From: Nemertoderma westbladi
Taxonomy: Eukaryota; Animalia; Xenacoelomorpha
NCBI GenBank assembly: GCA_032718475.1
Contig: JAUCBJ010000880.1
Location: 1-55,839, forward strand
Direction: 5' to 3'
Length of the DNA stretch: 55,839 nt
The notes under the pieces are model-generated. The model was not told where the DNA came from and searched no databases. It was given only the letters and a program-made list of their open reading frames with translations. Below, piece by piece: positions 1-13,000 of this stretch (the stretch's first letter is position 1; each line of letters begins with the position of its first letter). A program made the translations under genes and the position numbers.

Positions 1-469
1 TTCGCGCTAAAATTACTGGAGATGAGTGCCAGAATGGGACAACACGAAAACCCAAAGTTAAGTTTTTGGGCTCATACCTAAAAACCAACGTTAAACAAAA
101 ATGTATTATTAATTGATTTGGTGCATCCTGGTGTCGTTAATGGAAATGAGCAGGTTACAGTGACATGTAATTCTGACCAAATCAATAAACGAGAGTCAAT
201 ATTACAAGTTACTATTTGCTGGTAATAAATATATTTATGGTAAGAAATATATTTTCTGTAGAAATAAAACTACTGTAGGCAACACCTAACGCTAATTAAG
301 TAACATAGTATCATAAAGGACCCCTTTATAAATAAGCTACAGCTTTAGGGGTAATACGATATGTTACGTTGGACATTACCTATTATAATATTGTCACAGT
401 ATTACATAATGTGAGATAATAATTTCACAAACTAATTGTAACTATTAATTAAGTAAACAAGTTAAGAAA

Positions 470-589
470 ACTGGTAATTCCGGTGAAATTCCGGCCGGAA
501 TTGACCCCATTCCGGCAATTCCGGCCGGAACCGGAAGCTAGCAAAAACCGCCGGATTTCCAGCCGAAACGGAATTCCGGGATATCCCTA
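470..589 (-). mobile_element. Terminus of a hAT-like DNA transposon/MITE (other end outside the window)
   Basis: The minus strand begins TAGGGATATCCCGGAATTCCG, followed by clustered CCGGAATT/CCGGCCGGAA subterminal palindromes. This GC-rich patch sits in AT-rich DNA. A TAGGG start resembles hAT TIRs. No partner TIR or TSD is visible. Confidence 0.45.
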
Positions 590-614
590 GTTGTCATTAA
601 AGTTACTGTAGCCA
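587..614 (-). CDS. TMEM104: Putative TMEM104 exon 5 start (C-GYSNFNDN), ending at an in-frame TAG supplied by the transposon-like end
   Basis: Strong acceptor GTTTGTGTTTTCAG (AG at 616-615). A phase-2 join with exon 4 restores Cys (TG|T), matching the VTC region of TMEM104 as recalled. In-frame TAG at 589-587. Confidence 0.4.
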
Positions 615-625
615 CTGAAAACACA

Positions 626-674
626 AACTTACTGGTAACTAACCAGGCAACTTACTGGTAACTAACCAGGCAAC
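626..674. repeat. Exact 23-bp tandem duplication spanning the exon 4 splice donor
   Basis: ttactggtaactaaccaggcaac at 629-651 and 652-674, with aac microhomology at 626-628. Confidence 0.9.
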
Positions 675-797
675 ATCTCTCATACTCTTCGGAATGGCTA
701 CGGCGTAGATGCTGAGATCTCCGTAGAGATAGATTGCCAACGACGCGTAGAAGAATAATATCCCGAAACGATTAAAGAACATCCTCGCCATATCGCC
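667..797 (-). CDS. TMEM104: TMEM104-like exon 4 (GDMARMFFNRFGILFFYASLAIYLYGDLSIYAVAIPKSMRDVA)
   Basis: Acceptor TTCCTACTCAG before 797, donor TG|GTTAGT at 666. The peptide matches the recalled TMEM104 segment GQMASMFFNKVG..YLYGDLAIYAAAVP. Confidence 0.85.
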
Positions 798-834
798 CTG
801 AGTAGGAAGTAAATAATACAACTTCGTATTATAG

Positions 835-930
835 TGGTTGTAGTAGTGGTCACCTAGTTTGTTGTAGAGGTTAAATCGGTTGCATTGAAGTCGTGGGTTC
901 GACCCCCGCATGAGTCAGGGTAGTTTTCGT
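835..930 (+). mobile_element. Degenerate tRNA-derived SINE head in intron 3
   Basis: A-box-like TGGTTGTAGTAGTGG (~835-849) and B-box GGTTCGACCC (896-905) inside a GTGGG..CCCCGC T-arm-like stem. No full cloverleaf. Confidence 0.45.
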
Positions 931-1065
931 TTCGGCGTTCGAATGCTTTGAAGAGAACAGCCAAGGCGCACCTCTGCCTTGTTTGTACAATTGCTATTTG
1001 GAACTTCACAAAAACTATAATAATTAAGTTAACCTACTACATGTGCGTGATAAGTACTCGCAGCG

Positions 1066-4000
1066 TTTAGTTAGTTAGAATCCCCTACATGACCCACCAT
1101 TTAGTTAGTTAGAATCCCCTACATGACCCACCATTTAGTTAGTTAGAATCCCCTACATGACCCACCATTTAGTTAGTTAGAATCCCCTACATGACCCACC
1201 ATTTAGTTAGTTAGAATCCCCTACATGACCCACCATTTAGTTAGTTAGAATCCCCTACATGACCCACCATTTAGTTAGTTAGAATCCCCTACATGACCCA
1301 CCATTTAGTTAGTTAGAATCCCCTACATGACCCACCATTTAGTTAGTTAGAATCCCCTACATGACCCACCATTTAGTTAGTTAGAATCCCCTACATGACC
1401 CGCCATTTAGTTAGTTAGAATCCCCTACATGACCCACCATTTAGTTAGTTAGAATCCCCTACATGACCCACCATTTAGTTAGTTAGAATCCCCTACATGA
1501 CCCACCATTTAGTTAGTTAGAATCCCCTACATGACCCACCATTTAGTTAGTTAGAATCCCCTACATGACCCACCATTTAGTTAGTTAGAATCCCCTACAT
1601 GACCCACCATTTAGTTAGTTAGAATCCCCTACATGACCCACCATTTAGTTAGTTAGAATCCCCTACATGACCCACCATTTAGTTAGTTAGAATCCCCTAC
1701 ATGACCCACCATTTAGTTAGTTAGAATCCCCTACATGACCCACCATTTAGTTAGTTAGAATCCCCTACATGACCCGCCATTTAGTTAGTTAGAATCCCCT
1801 ACATGACCCACCATTTAGTTAGTTAGAATCCCCTACATGACCCACCATTTAGTTTGTTAGAATCCCCTACATGACCCACCATTTAGTTAGTTAGAATCCC
1901 CTACATGACCCACCATTTAGTTAGTTAGAATCCCCTACATGACCCACCATTTAGTTAGTTAGAATCCCCTACATGACCCACCATTTAGTTAGTTAGAATC
2001 CCCTACATGACCCACCATTTAGTTAGTTAGAATCCCCTACATGACCCACCATTTAGTTAGTTAGAATCCCCTACATGACCCACCATTTAGTTAGTTAGAA
2101 TCCCCTACATGACCCACCATTTAGTTAGTTAGAATCCCCTACATGACCCACCATTTAGTTAGTTAGAATCCCCTACATGACCCACCATTTAGTTAGTTAG
2201 AATCCCCTACATGACCCACCATTTAGTTAGTTAGAATCCCCTACATGACCCACCATTTAGTTAGTTAGAATCCCCTACATGACCCACCATTTAGTTAGTT
2301 AGAATCCCCTACATGACCCACCATTTAGTTAGTTAGAATCCCCTACATGACCCACCATTTAGTTAGTTAGAATCCCCTACATGACCCACCATTTAGTTAG
2401 TTAGAATCCCCTACATGACCCACCATTTAGTTAGTTAGAATCCCCTACATGACCCACCATTTAGTTAGTTAGAATCCCCTACATGACCCACCATTTAGTT
2501 AGTTAGAATCCCCTACATGACCCACCATTTAGTTAGTTAGAATCCCCTACATGACCCACCATTTAGTTAGTTAGAATCCCCTACATGACCCACCATTTAG
2601 TTAGTTAGAATCCCCTACATGACCCACCATTTAGTTAGTTAGAATCCCCTACATGACCCACCATTTAGTTAGTTAGAATCCCCTACATGACCCACCATTT
2701 AGTTAGTTAGAATCCCCTACATGACCCACCATTTAGTTAGTTAGAATCCCCTACATGACCCACCATTTAGTTAGTTAGAATCCCCTACATGACCCACCAT
2801 TTAGTTAGTTAGAATCCCCTACATGACCCACCATTTAGTTAGTTAGAATCCCCTACATGACCCACCATTTAGTTAGTTAGAATCCCCTACATGACCCACC
2901 ATTTAGTTAGTTAGAATCCCCTACATGACCCACCATTTAGTTAGTTAGAATCCCCTACATGACCCACCATTTAGTTAGTTAGAATCCCCTACATGACCCA
3001 CCATTTAGTTAGTTAGAATCCCCTACATGACCCACCATTTAGTTAGTTAGAATCCCCTACATGACCCACCATTTAGTTAGTTAGAATCCCCTACATGACC
3101 CACCATTTAGTTAGTTAGAATCCCCTACATGACCCACCATTTAGTTAGTTAGAATCCCCTACATGACCCACCATTTAGTTAGTTAGAATCCCCTACATGA
3201 CCCACCATTTAGTTAGTTAGAATCCCCTACATGACCCACCATTTAGTTAGTTAGAATCCCCTACATGACCCACCATTTAGTTAGTTAGAATCCCCTACAT
3301 GACCCACCATTTAGTTAGTTAGAATCCCCTACATGACCCACCATTTAGTTAGTTAGAATCCCCTACATGACCCACCATTTAGTTAGTTAGAATCCCCTAC
3401 ATGACCCACCATTTAGTTAGTTAGAATCCCCTACATGACCCACCATTTAGTTAGTTAGAATCCCCTACATGACCCACCATTTAGTTAGTTAGAATCCCCT
3501 ACATGACCCACCATTTAGTTAGTTAGAATCCCCTACATGACCCACCATTTAGTTAGTTAGAATCCCCTACATGACCCACCATTTAGTTAGTTAGAATCCC
3601 CTACATGACCCACCATTTAGTTAGTTAGAATCCCCTACATGACCCACCATTTAGTTAGTTAGAATCCCCTACATGACCCACCATTTAGTTAGTTAGAATC
3701 CCCTACATGACCCACCATTTAGTTAGTTAGAATCCCCTACATGACCCACCATTTAGTTAGTTAGAATCCCCTACATGACCCACCATTTAGTTAGTTAGAA
3801 TCCCCTACATGACCCACCATTTAGTTAGTTAGAATCCCCTACATGACCCACCATTTAGTTAGTTAGAATCCCCTACATGACCCACCATTTAGTTAGTTAG
3901 AATCCCCTACATGACCCACCATTTAGTTAGTTAGAATCCCCTACATGACCCACCATTTAGTTAGTTAGAATCCCCTACATGACCCACCATTTAGTTAGTT

Positions 4001-7000
4001 AGAATCCCCTACATGACCCACCATTTAGTTAGTTAGAATCCCCTACATGACCCACCATTTAGTTAGTTAGAATCCCCTACATGACCCACCATTTAGTTAG
4101 TTAGAATCCCCTACATGACCCACCATTTAGTTAGTTAGAATCCCCTACATGACCCACCATTTAGTTAGTTAGAATCCCCTACATGACCCACCATTTAGTT
4201 AGTTAGAATCCCCTACATGACCCACCATTTAGTTAGTTAGAATCCCCTACATGACCCACCATTTAGTTAGTTAGAATCCCCTACATGACCCACCATTTAG
4301 TTAGTTAGAATCCCCTACATGACCCACCATTTAGTTAGTTAGAATCCCCTACATGACCCACCATTTAGTTAGTTAGAATCCCCTACATGACCCACCATTT
4401 AGTTAGTTAGAATCCCCTACATGACCCACCATTTAGTTAGTTAGAATCCCCTACATGACCCACCATTTAGTTAGTTAGAATCCCCTACATGACCCACCAT
4501 TTAGTTAGTTAGAATCCCCTACATGACCCACCATTTAGTTAGTTAGAATCCCCTACATGACCCACCATTTAGTTAGTTAGAATCCCCTACATGACCCACC
4601 ATTTAGTTAGTTAGAATCCCCTACATGACCCACCATTTAGTTAGTTAGAATCCCCTACATGACCCACCATTTAGTTAGTTAGAATCCCCTACATGACCCA
4701 CCATTTAGTTAGTTAGAATCCCCTACATGACCCACCATTTAGTTAGTTAGAATCCCCTACATGACCCACCATTTAGTTAGTTAGAATCCCCTACATGACC
4801 CACCATTTAGTTAGTTAGAATCCCCTACATGACCCACCATTTAGTTAGTTAGAATCCCCTACATGACCCACCATTTAGTTAGTTAGAATCCCCTACATGA
4901 CCCACCATTTAGTTAGTTAGAATCCCCTACATGACCCACCATTTAGTTAGTTAGAATCCCCTACATGACCCACCATTTAGTTAGTTAGAATCCCCTACAT
5001 GACCCACCATTTAGTTAGTTAGAATCCCCTACATGACCCACCATTTAGTTAGTTAGAATCCCCTACATGACCCACCATTTAGTTAGTTAGAATCCCCTAC
5101 ATGACCCACCATTTAGTTAGTTAGAATCCCCTACATGACCCACCATTTAGTTAGTTAGAATCCCCTACATGACCCACCATTTAGTTAGTTAGAATCCCCT
5201 ACATGACCCACCATTTAGTTAGTTAGAATCCCCTACATGACCCACCATTTAGTTAGTTAGAATCCCCTACATGACCCACCATTTAGTTAGTTAGAATCCC
5301 CTACATGACCCACCATTTAGTTAGTTAGAATCCCCTACATGACCCACCATTTAGTTAGTTAGAATCCCCTACATGACCCACCATTTAGTTAGTTAGAATC
5401 CCCTACATGACCCACCATTTAGTTAGTTAGAATCCCCTACATGACCCACCATTTAGTTAGTTAGAATCCCCTACATGACCCACCATTTAGTTAGTTAGAA
5501 TCCCCTACATGACCCACCATTTAGTTAGTTAGAATCCCCTACATGACCCACCATTTAGTTAGTTAGAATCCCCTACATGACCCACCATTTAGTTAGTTAG
5601 AATCCCCTACATGACCCACCATTTAGTTAGTTAGAATCCCCTACATGACCCACCATTTAGTTAGTTAGAATCCCCTACATGACCCACCATTTAGTTAGTT
5701 AGAATCCCCTACATGACCCACCATTTAGTTAGTTAGAATCCCCTACATGACCCACCATTTAGTTAGTTAGAATCCCCTACATGACCCACCATTTAGTTAG
5801 TTAGAATCCCCTACATGACCCACCATTTAGTTAGTTAGAATCCCCTACATGACCCACCATTTAGTTAGTTAGAATCCCCTACATGACCCACCATTTAGTT
5901 AGTTAGAATCCCCTACATGACCCACCATTTAGTTAGTTAGAATCCCCTACATGACCCACCATTTAGTTAGTTAGAATCCCCTACATGACCCACCATTTAG
6001 TTAGTTAGAATCCCCTACATGACCCACCATTTAGTTAGTTAGAATCCCCTACATGACCCACCATTTAGTTAGTTAGAATCCCCTACATGACCCACCATTT
6101 AGTTAGTTAGAATCCCCTACATGACCCACCATTTAGTTAGTTAGAATCCCCTACATGACCCACCATTTAGTTAGTTAGAATCCCCTACATGACCCACCAT
6201 TTAGTTAGTTAGAATCCCCTACATGACCCACCATTTAGTTAGTTAGAATCCCCTACATGACCCACCATTTAGTTAGTTAGAATCCCCTACATGACCCACC
6301 ATTTAGTTAGTTAGAATCCCCTACATGACCCACCATTTAGTTAGTTAGAATCCCCTACATGACCCACCATTTAGTTAGTTAGAATCCCCTACATGACCCA
6401 CCATTTAGTTAGTTAGAATCCCCTACATGACCCACCATTTAGTTAGTTAGAATCCCCTACATGACCCACCATTTAGTTAGTTAGAATCCCCTACATGACC
6501 CACCATTTAGTTAGTTAGAATCCCCTACATGACCCACCATTTAGTTAGTTAGAATCCCCTACATGACCCACCATTTAGTTAGTTAGAATCCCCTACATGA
6601 CCCACCATTTAGTTAGTTAGAATCCCCTACATGACCCACCATTTAGTTAGTTAGAATCCCCTACATGACCCACCATTTAGTTAGTTAGAATCCCCTACAT
6701 GACCCACCATTTAGTTAGTTAGAATCCCCTACATGACCCACCATTTAGTTAGTTAGAATCCCCTACATGACCCACCATTTAGTTAGTTAGAATCCCCTAC
6801 ATGACCCACCATTTAGTTAGTTAGAATCCCCTACATGACCCACCATTTAGTTAGTTAGAATCCCCTACATGACCCACCATTTAGTTAGTTAGAATCCCCT
6901 ACATGACCCACCATTTAGTTAGTTAGAATCCCCTACATGACCCACCATTTAGTTAGTTAGAATCCCCTACATGACCCACCATTTAGTTAGTTAGAATCCC

Positions 7001-10000
7001 CTACATGACCCACCATTTAGTTAGTTAGAATCCCCTACATGACCCACCATTTAGTTAGTTAGAATCCCCTACATGACCCACCATTTAGTTAGTTAGAATC
7101 CCCTACATGACCCACCATTTAGTTAGTTAGAATCCCCTACATGACCCACCATTTAGTTAGTTAGAATCCCCTACATGACCCACCATTTAGTTAGTTAGAA
7201 TCCCCTACATGACCCACCATTTAGTTAGTTAGAATCCCCTACATGACCCACCATTTAGTTAGTTAGAATCCCCTACATGACCCACCATTTAGTTAGTTAG
7301 AATCCCCTACATGACCCACCATTTAGTTAGTTAGAATCCCCTACATGACCCACCATTTAGTTAGTTAGAATCCCCTACATGACCCACCATTTAGTTAGTT
7401 AGAATCCCCTACATGACCCACCATTTAGTTAGTTAGAATCCCCTACATGACCCACCATTTAGTTAGTTAGAATCCCCTACATGACCCACCATTTAGTTAG
7501 TTAGAATCCCCTACATGACCCACCATTTAGTTAGTTAGAATCCCCTACATGACCCACCATTTAGTTAGTTAGAATCCCCTACATGACCCACCATTTAGTT
7601 AGTTAGAATCCCCTACATGACCCACCATTTAGTTAGTTAGAATCCCCTACATGACCCACCATTTAGTTAGTTAGAATCCCCTACATGACCCACCATTTAG
7701 TTAGTTAGAATCCCCTACATGACCCACCATTTAGTTAGTTAGAATCCCCTACATGACCCACCATTTAGTTAGTTAGAATCCCCTACATGACCCACCATTT
7801 AGTTAGTTAGAATCCCCTACATGACCCACCATTTAGTTAGTTAGAATCCCCTACATGACCCACCATTTAGTTAGTTAGAATCACCTACATGACCCACCAT
7901 TTAGTTAGTTAGAATCCCCTACATGACCCACCATTTAGTTAGTTAGAATCCCCTACATGACCCACCATTTAGTTAGATAGAATCCCCTACATTTCCCACC
8001 ATTTAGTTAGTTAGAATCCCCTACATGACCCACCATTTAGTTAGTTAGAATCCCCTACATGACCCACCATTTAGTTAGTTAGAATCCCCTACATGACCCA
8101 CCATTTAGTTAGTTAGAATCCCCTACATGACCCACCATTTAGTTAGTTAGAATCACCTACATGACCCACCATTTAGTTAGTTAGAATCCCCTACATGACC
8201 CACCATTTAGTTAGTTAGAATCACCTACATGACCCACCATTTAGTTAGTTAGAATCACCTACATGAACCACCATTTAGTTAGTTAGAATCACCTACATGA
8301 CCCACCATTTAGTTAGTTAGAATCCCCTACATGACCCACCATTTAGTTAGTTAGAATCCCCTACATGACCCACCATTTAGTTAGTTAGAATCCCCTACAT
8401 GACCCACCATTTAGTTAGTTAGAATCCCCTACATGACCCACCATTTAGTTAGTTAGAATCCCCTACATGACCCACCATTTAGTTAGTTAGAATCACCTAC
8501 ATGAACCACCATTTAGTTAGTTAGAATCACCTACATGACCCACCATTTAGTTGGTTAGAATCCCCTACATGAACCACCATTTAGTTAGTTAGAATCCCCT
8601 ACATGAACCACCATTTAGTTAGTTAGAATCCCCTACATGACCCACCATTTAGTTAGTTAGAATCACCTACATGACCCACCATTTAGTTAGTTAGAATCAC
8701 CTACATGACCCACCATTTAGTTAGTTAGAATCACCTACATGAACCACCATTTAGTTAGTTAGAATCACCTACATGACCCACCATTTAGTTAGTTAGAATA
8801 CCCTACATGAGCCACCATTTAGTTAGTTAGAATCCCCTACATGACCCACCATTTAGTTAGTTAGAATCCCCTACATGACCCACCATTTAGTTAGTTAGAA
8901 TCCCCTACATGACCCACCATTTAGTTAGTTAGAATCACCTACATGACCCACCATTTAGTTAGTTAGAATCACCTACATGAACCACCATTTAGTTAGTTAG
9001 AATCACCTACATGACCCACCATTTAGTTAGTTAGAATCCCCTACATGACCCACCATTTAGTTAGTTAGAATCCCCTACATGACCCACCATTTAGTTAGTT
9101 AGAATCACCTACATGAACCACCATTTAGTTAGTTAGAATCACCTACATGACCCACCATTTAGTTAGTTAGAATCCCCCACATGACCCGCCATTTAGTTAG
9201 TTAGAATCACCTACATGACCCACCATTTAGTTAGTTAGAATCACCTACATGAACCACCATTTAGTTAGTTAGAATCACCTACATGACCCACCATTTAGTT
9301 AGTTAGAATCCCCTACATGACCCACCATTTAGTTAGTTAGAATCCCCTACATGACCCACCATTTAGTTAGTTAGAATCACCTACATGAACCACCATTTAG
9401 TTAGTTAGAATCACCTACATGACCCACCATTTAGTTGGTTAGAATCCCCTACATGAACCACCATTTAGTTAGTTAGAATCCCCTACATGACCCACCATTT
9501 AGTTAGTTAGAATCCCCTACATGACCCGCCATTTAGTTAGTTAGAATCCCCTACATGACCCACCATTTAGTTAGTTAGAATCCCCTACATGACCCACCAT
9601 TTAGTTAGTTAGAATCCCCTACATGACCCACCATTTAGTTAGTTAGAATCACCTACATGACCCACCATTTAGTTAGTTAGAATCCCCTACATGACCCACC
9701 ATTTAGTTAGTTAGAATCCCCTACATGACCCACCATTTAGTTAGTTAGAATCCCCTACATGACCCACCATTTAGTTAGTTAGAATCCCCTACATGACCCA
9801 CCATTTAGTTAGTTAGAATCCCCTACATGAACCACCATTTAGTTAGTTAGAATCCCCTACATGACCCACCATTTAGTTAGTTAGAATCCCCTACATGACC
9901 CGCCATTTAGTTAGTTAGAATCCCCTACATGACCCACCATTTAGTTAGTTAGAATCCCCTACATGACCCACCATTTAGTTGGTTAGAATCCCCTACATGA

Positions 10001-13000
10001 CCCACCATTTAGTTAGTTAGAATCCCCTACATGACCCACCATTTACTTAGTTAGAATCCCCTACATGACCCACCATTTAGTTAGTTAGAATCACCTACAT
10101 GACCCACCATTTAGTTAGTTAGAATCCCCTACATGACCCACCATTTAGTTAGTTAGAATCCCCTACATGACCCACCATTTAGTTAGTTAGAATCCCCTAC
10201 ATGAACCACCATTTAGTTAGTTAGAATCCCCTACATGACCCACCATTTAGTTAGTTAGAATCCCCTACATGACCCACCATTTAGTTAGTTAGAATCCCCT
10301 ACATGACCCACCATTTAGTTAGTTAGAATCCCCTACATGACCCACCATTTACTTAGTTAGAATCCCCTACATGACCCACCATTTACTTAGTTAGAATCCC
10401 CTACATGACCCACCATTTAGTTAGTTAGAATCCCCTACATGACCCACCATTTAGTTAGTTAGAATCCCCCACATGACCCGCCATTTAGTTAGTTAGAATC
10501 CCCTACATGACCCACCATTTAGTTAGTTAGAATCCCCTACATGACCCACCATTTAGTTAGTTAGAATCCCCTACATGACCCACCATTTACTTAGTTAGAA
10601 TCCCCTACATGACCCACCATTTAGTTAGTTAGAATCCCCTACATGACCCACCATTTAGTTAGTTAGAATCCCCTACATGACCCACCATTTAGTTAGTTAG
10701 AATCCCCTACATGACCCACCATTTAGTTAGTTAGAATCCCCTACATGACCCACCATTTAGTTAGTTAGAATCCCCTACATGACCCACCATTTAGTTAGTT
10801 AGAATCCCCTACATGACCCGCCATTTAGTTAGTTAGAATCCCCTACATGACCCACCATTTAGTTAGTTAGAATCCCCTACATGACCCACCATTTAGTTAG
10901 TTAGAATCCCCTACATGACCCACCATTTAGTTAGTTAGAATCCCCTACATGACCCACCATTTAGTTAGTTAGAATCCCCTACATGACCCACCATTTAGTT
11001 AGTTAGAATCCCCTACATGACCCACCATTTAGTTAGTTAGAATCACCTACATGACCCACCATTTAGTTAGTTAGAATCCCCTACATGACCCACCATTTAG
11101 TTAGTTAGAATCCCCTACATGACCCACCATTTAGTTAGATAGAATCCCCTACATTTCCCACCATTTAGTTAGTTAGAATCCCCTACATGACCCACCATTT
11201 AGTTAGTTAGAATCCCCTACATGACCCACCATTTAGTTAGTTAGAATCCCCTACATGACCCACCATTTAGTTAGTTAGAATCCCCTACATGACCCACCAT
11301 TTAGTTAGTTAGAATCACCTACATGACCCACCATTTAGTTAGTTAGAATCCCCTACATGACCCACCATTTAGTTAGTTAGAATCACCTACATGACCCACC
11401 ATTTAGTTAGTTAGAATCACCTACATGAACCACCATTTAGTTAGTTAGAATCACCTACATGACCCACCATTTAGTTAGTTAGAATCCCCTACATGACCCA
11501 CCATTTAGTTAGTTAGAATCCCCTACATGACCCACCATTTAGTTAGTTAGAATCCCCTACATGACCCACCATTTAGTTAGTTAGAATCCCCTACATGACC
11601 CACCATTTAGTTAGTTAGAATCCCCTACATGACCCACCATTTAGTTAGTTAGAATCACCTACATGAACCACCATTTAGTTAGTTAGAATCACCTACATGA
11701 CCCACCATTTAGTTGGTTAGAATCCCCTACATGAACCACCATTTAGTTAGTTAGAATCCCCTACATGAACCACCATTTAGTTAGTTAGAATCCCCTACAT
11801 GACCCACCATTTAGTTAGTTAGAATCACCTACATGACCCACCATTTAGTTAGTTAGAATCACCTACATGACCCACCATTTAGTTAGTTAGAATCACCTAC
11901 ATGAACCACCATTTAGTTAGTTAGAATCACCTACATGACCCACCATTTAGTTAGTTAGAATACCCCACATGAGCCACCATTTAGTTAGTTAGAATCCCCT
12001 ACATGACCCACCATTTAGTTAGTTAGAATCCCCTACATGACCCACCATTTAGTTAGTTAGAATCCCCTACATGACCCACCATTTAGTTAGTTAGAATCAC
12101 CTACATGACCCACCATTTAGTTAGTTAGAATCACCTACATGAACCACCATTTAGTTAGTTAGAATCACCTACATGACCCACCATTTAGTTAGTTAGAATC
12201 CCCTACATGACCCACCATTTAGTTAGTTAGAATCCCCTACATGACCCACCATTTAGTTAGTTAGAATCACCTACATGAACCACCATTTAGTTAGTTAGAA
12301 TCACCTACATGACCCACCATTTAGTTAGTTAGAATCCCCCACATGACCCGCCATTTAGTTAGTTAGAATCACCTACATGACCCACCATTTAGTTAGTTAG
12401 AATCACCTACATGAACCACCATTTAGTTAGTTAGAATCACCTACATGACCCACCATTTAGTTAGTTAGAATCCCCTACATGACCCACCATTTAGTTAGTT
12501 AGAATCCCCTACATGACCCACCATTTAGTTAGTTAGAATCACCTACATGAACCACCATTTAGTTAGTTAGAATCACCTACATGACCCACCATTTAGTTGG
12601 TTAGAATCCCCTACATGAACCACCATTTAGTTAGTTAGAATCCCCTACATGACCCACCATTTAGTTAGTTAGAATCCCCTACATGACCCGCCATTTAGTT
12701 AGTTAGAATCCCCTACATGACCCACCATTTAGTTAGTTAGAATCCCCTACATGACCCACCATTTAGTTAGTTAGAATCCCCTACATGACCCACCATTTAG
12801 TTAGTTAGAATCACCTACATGACCCACCATTTAGTTAGTTAGAATCCCCTACATGACCCACCATTTAGTTAGTTAGAATCCCCTACATGACCCACCATTT
12901 AGTTAGTTAGAATCCCCTACATGACCCACCATTTAGTTAGTTAGAATCCCCTACATGACCCACCATTTAGTTAGTTAGAATCCCCTACATGAACCACCAT

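Noticed and set aside
835-910. Functional tRNA gene
   Set aside because: Has A/B-box-like motifs but no acceptor or anticodon stem could be paired; treated as SINE-like.
639-911. ORF-track proteins 639-911 and 26003-26287 as stand-alone genes
   Set aside because: They are exons with intronic extensions; splice sites join them into one TMEM104-like frame.
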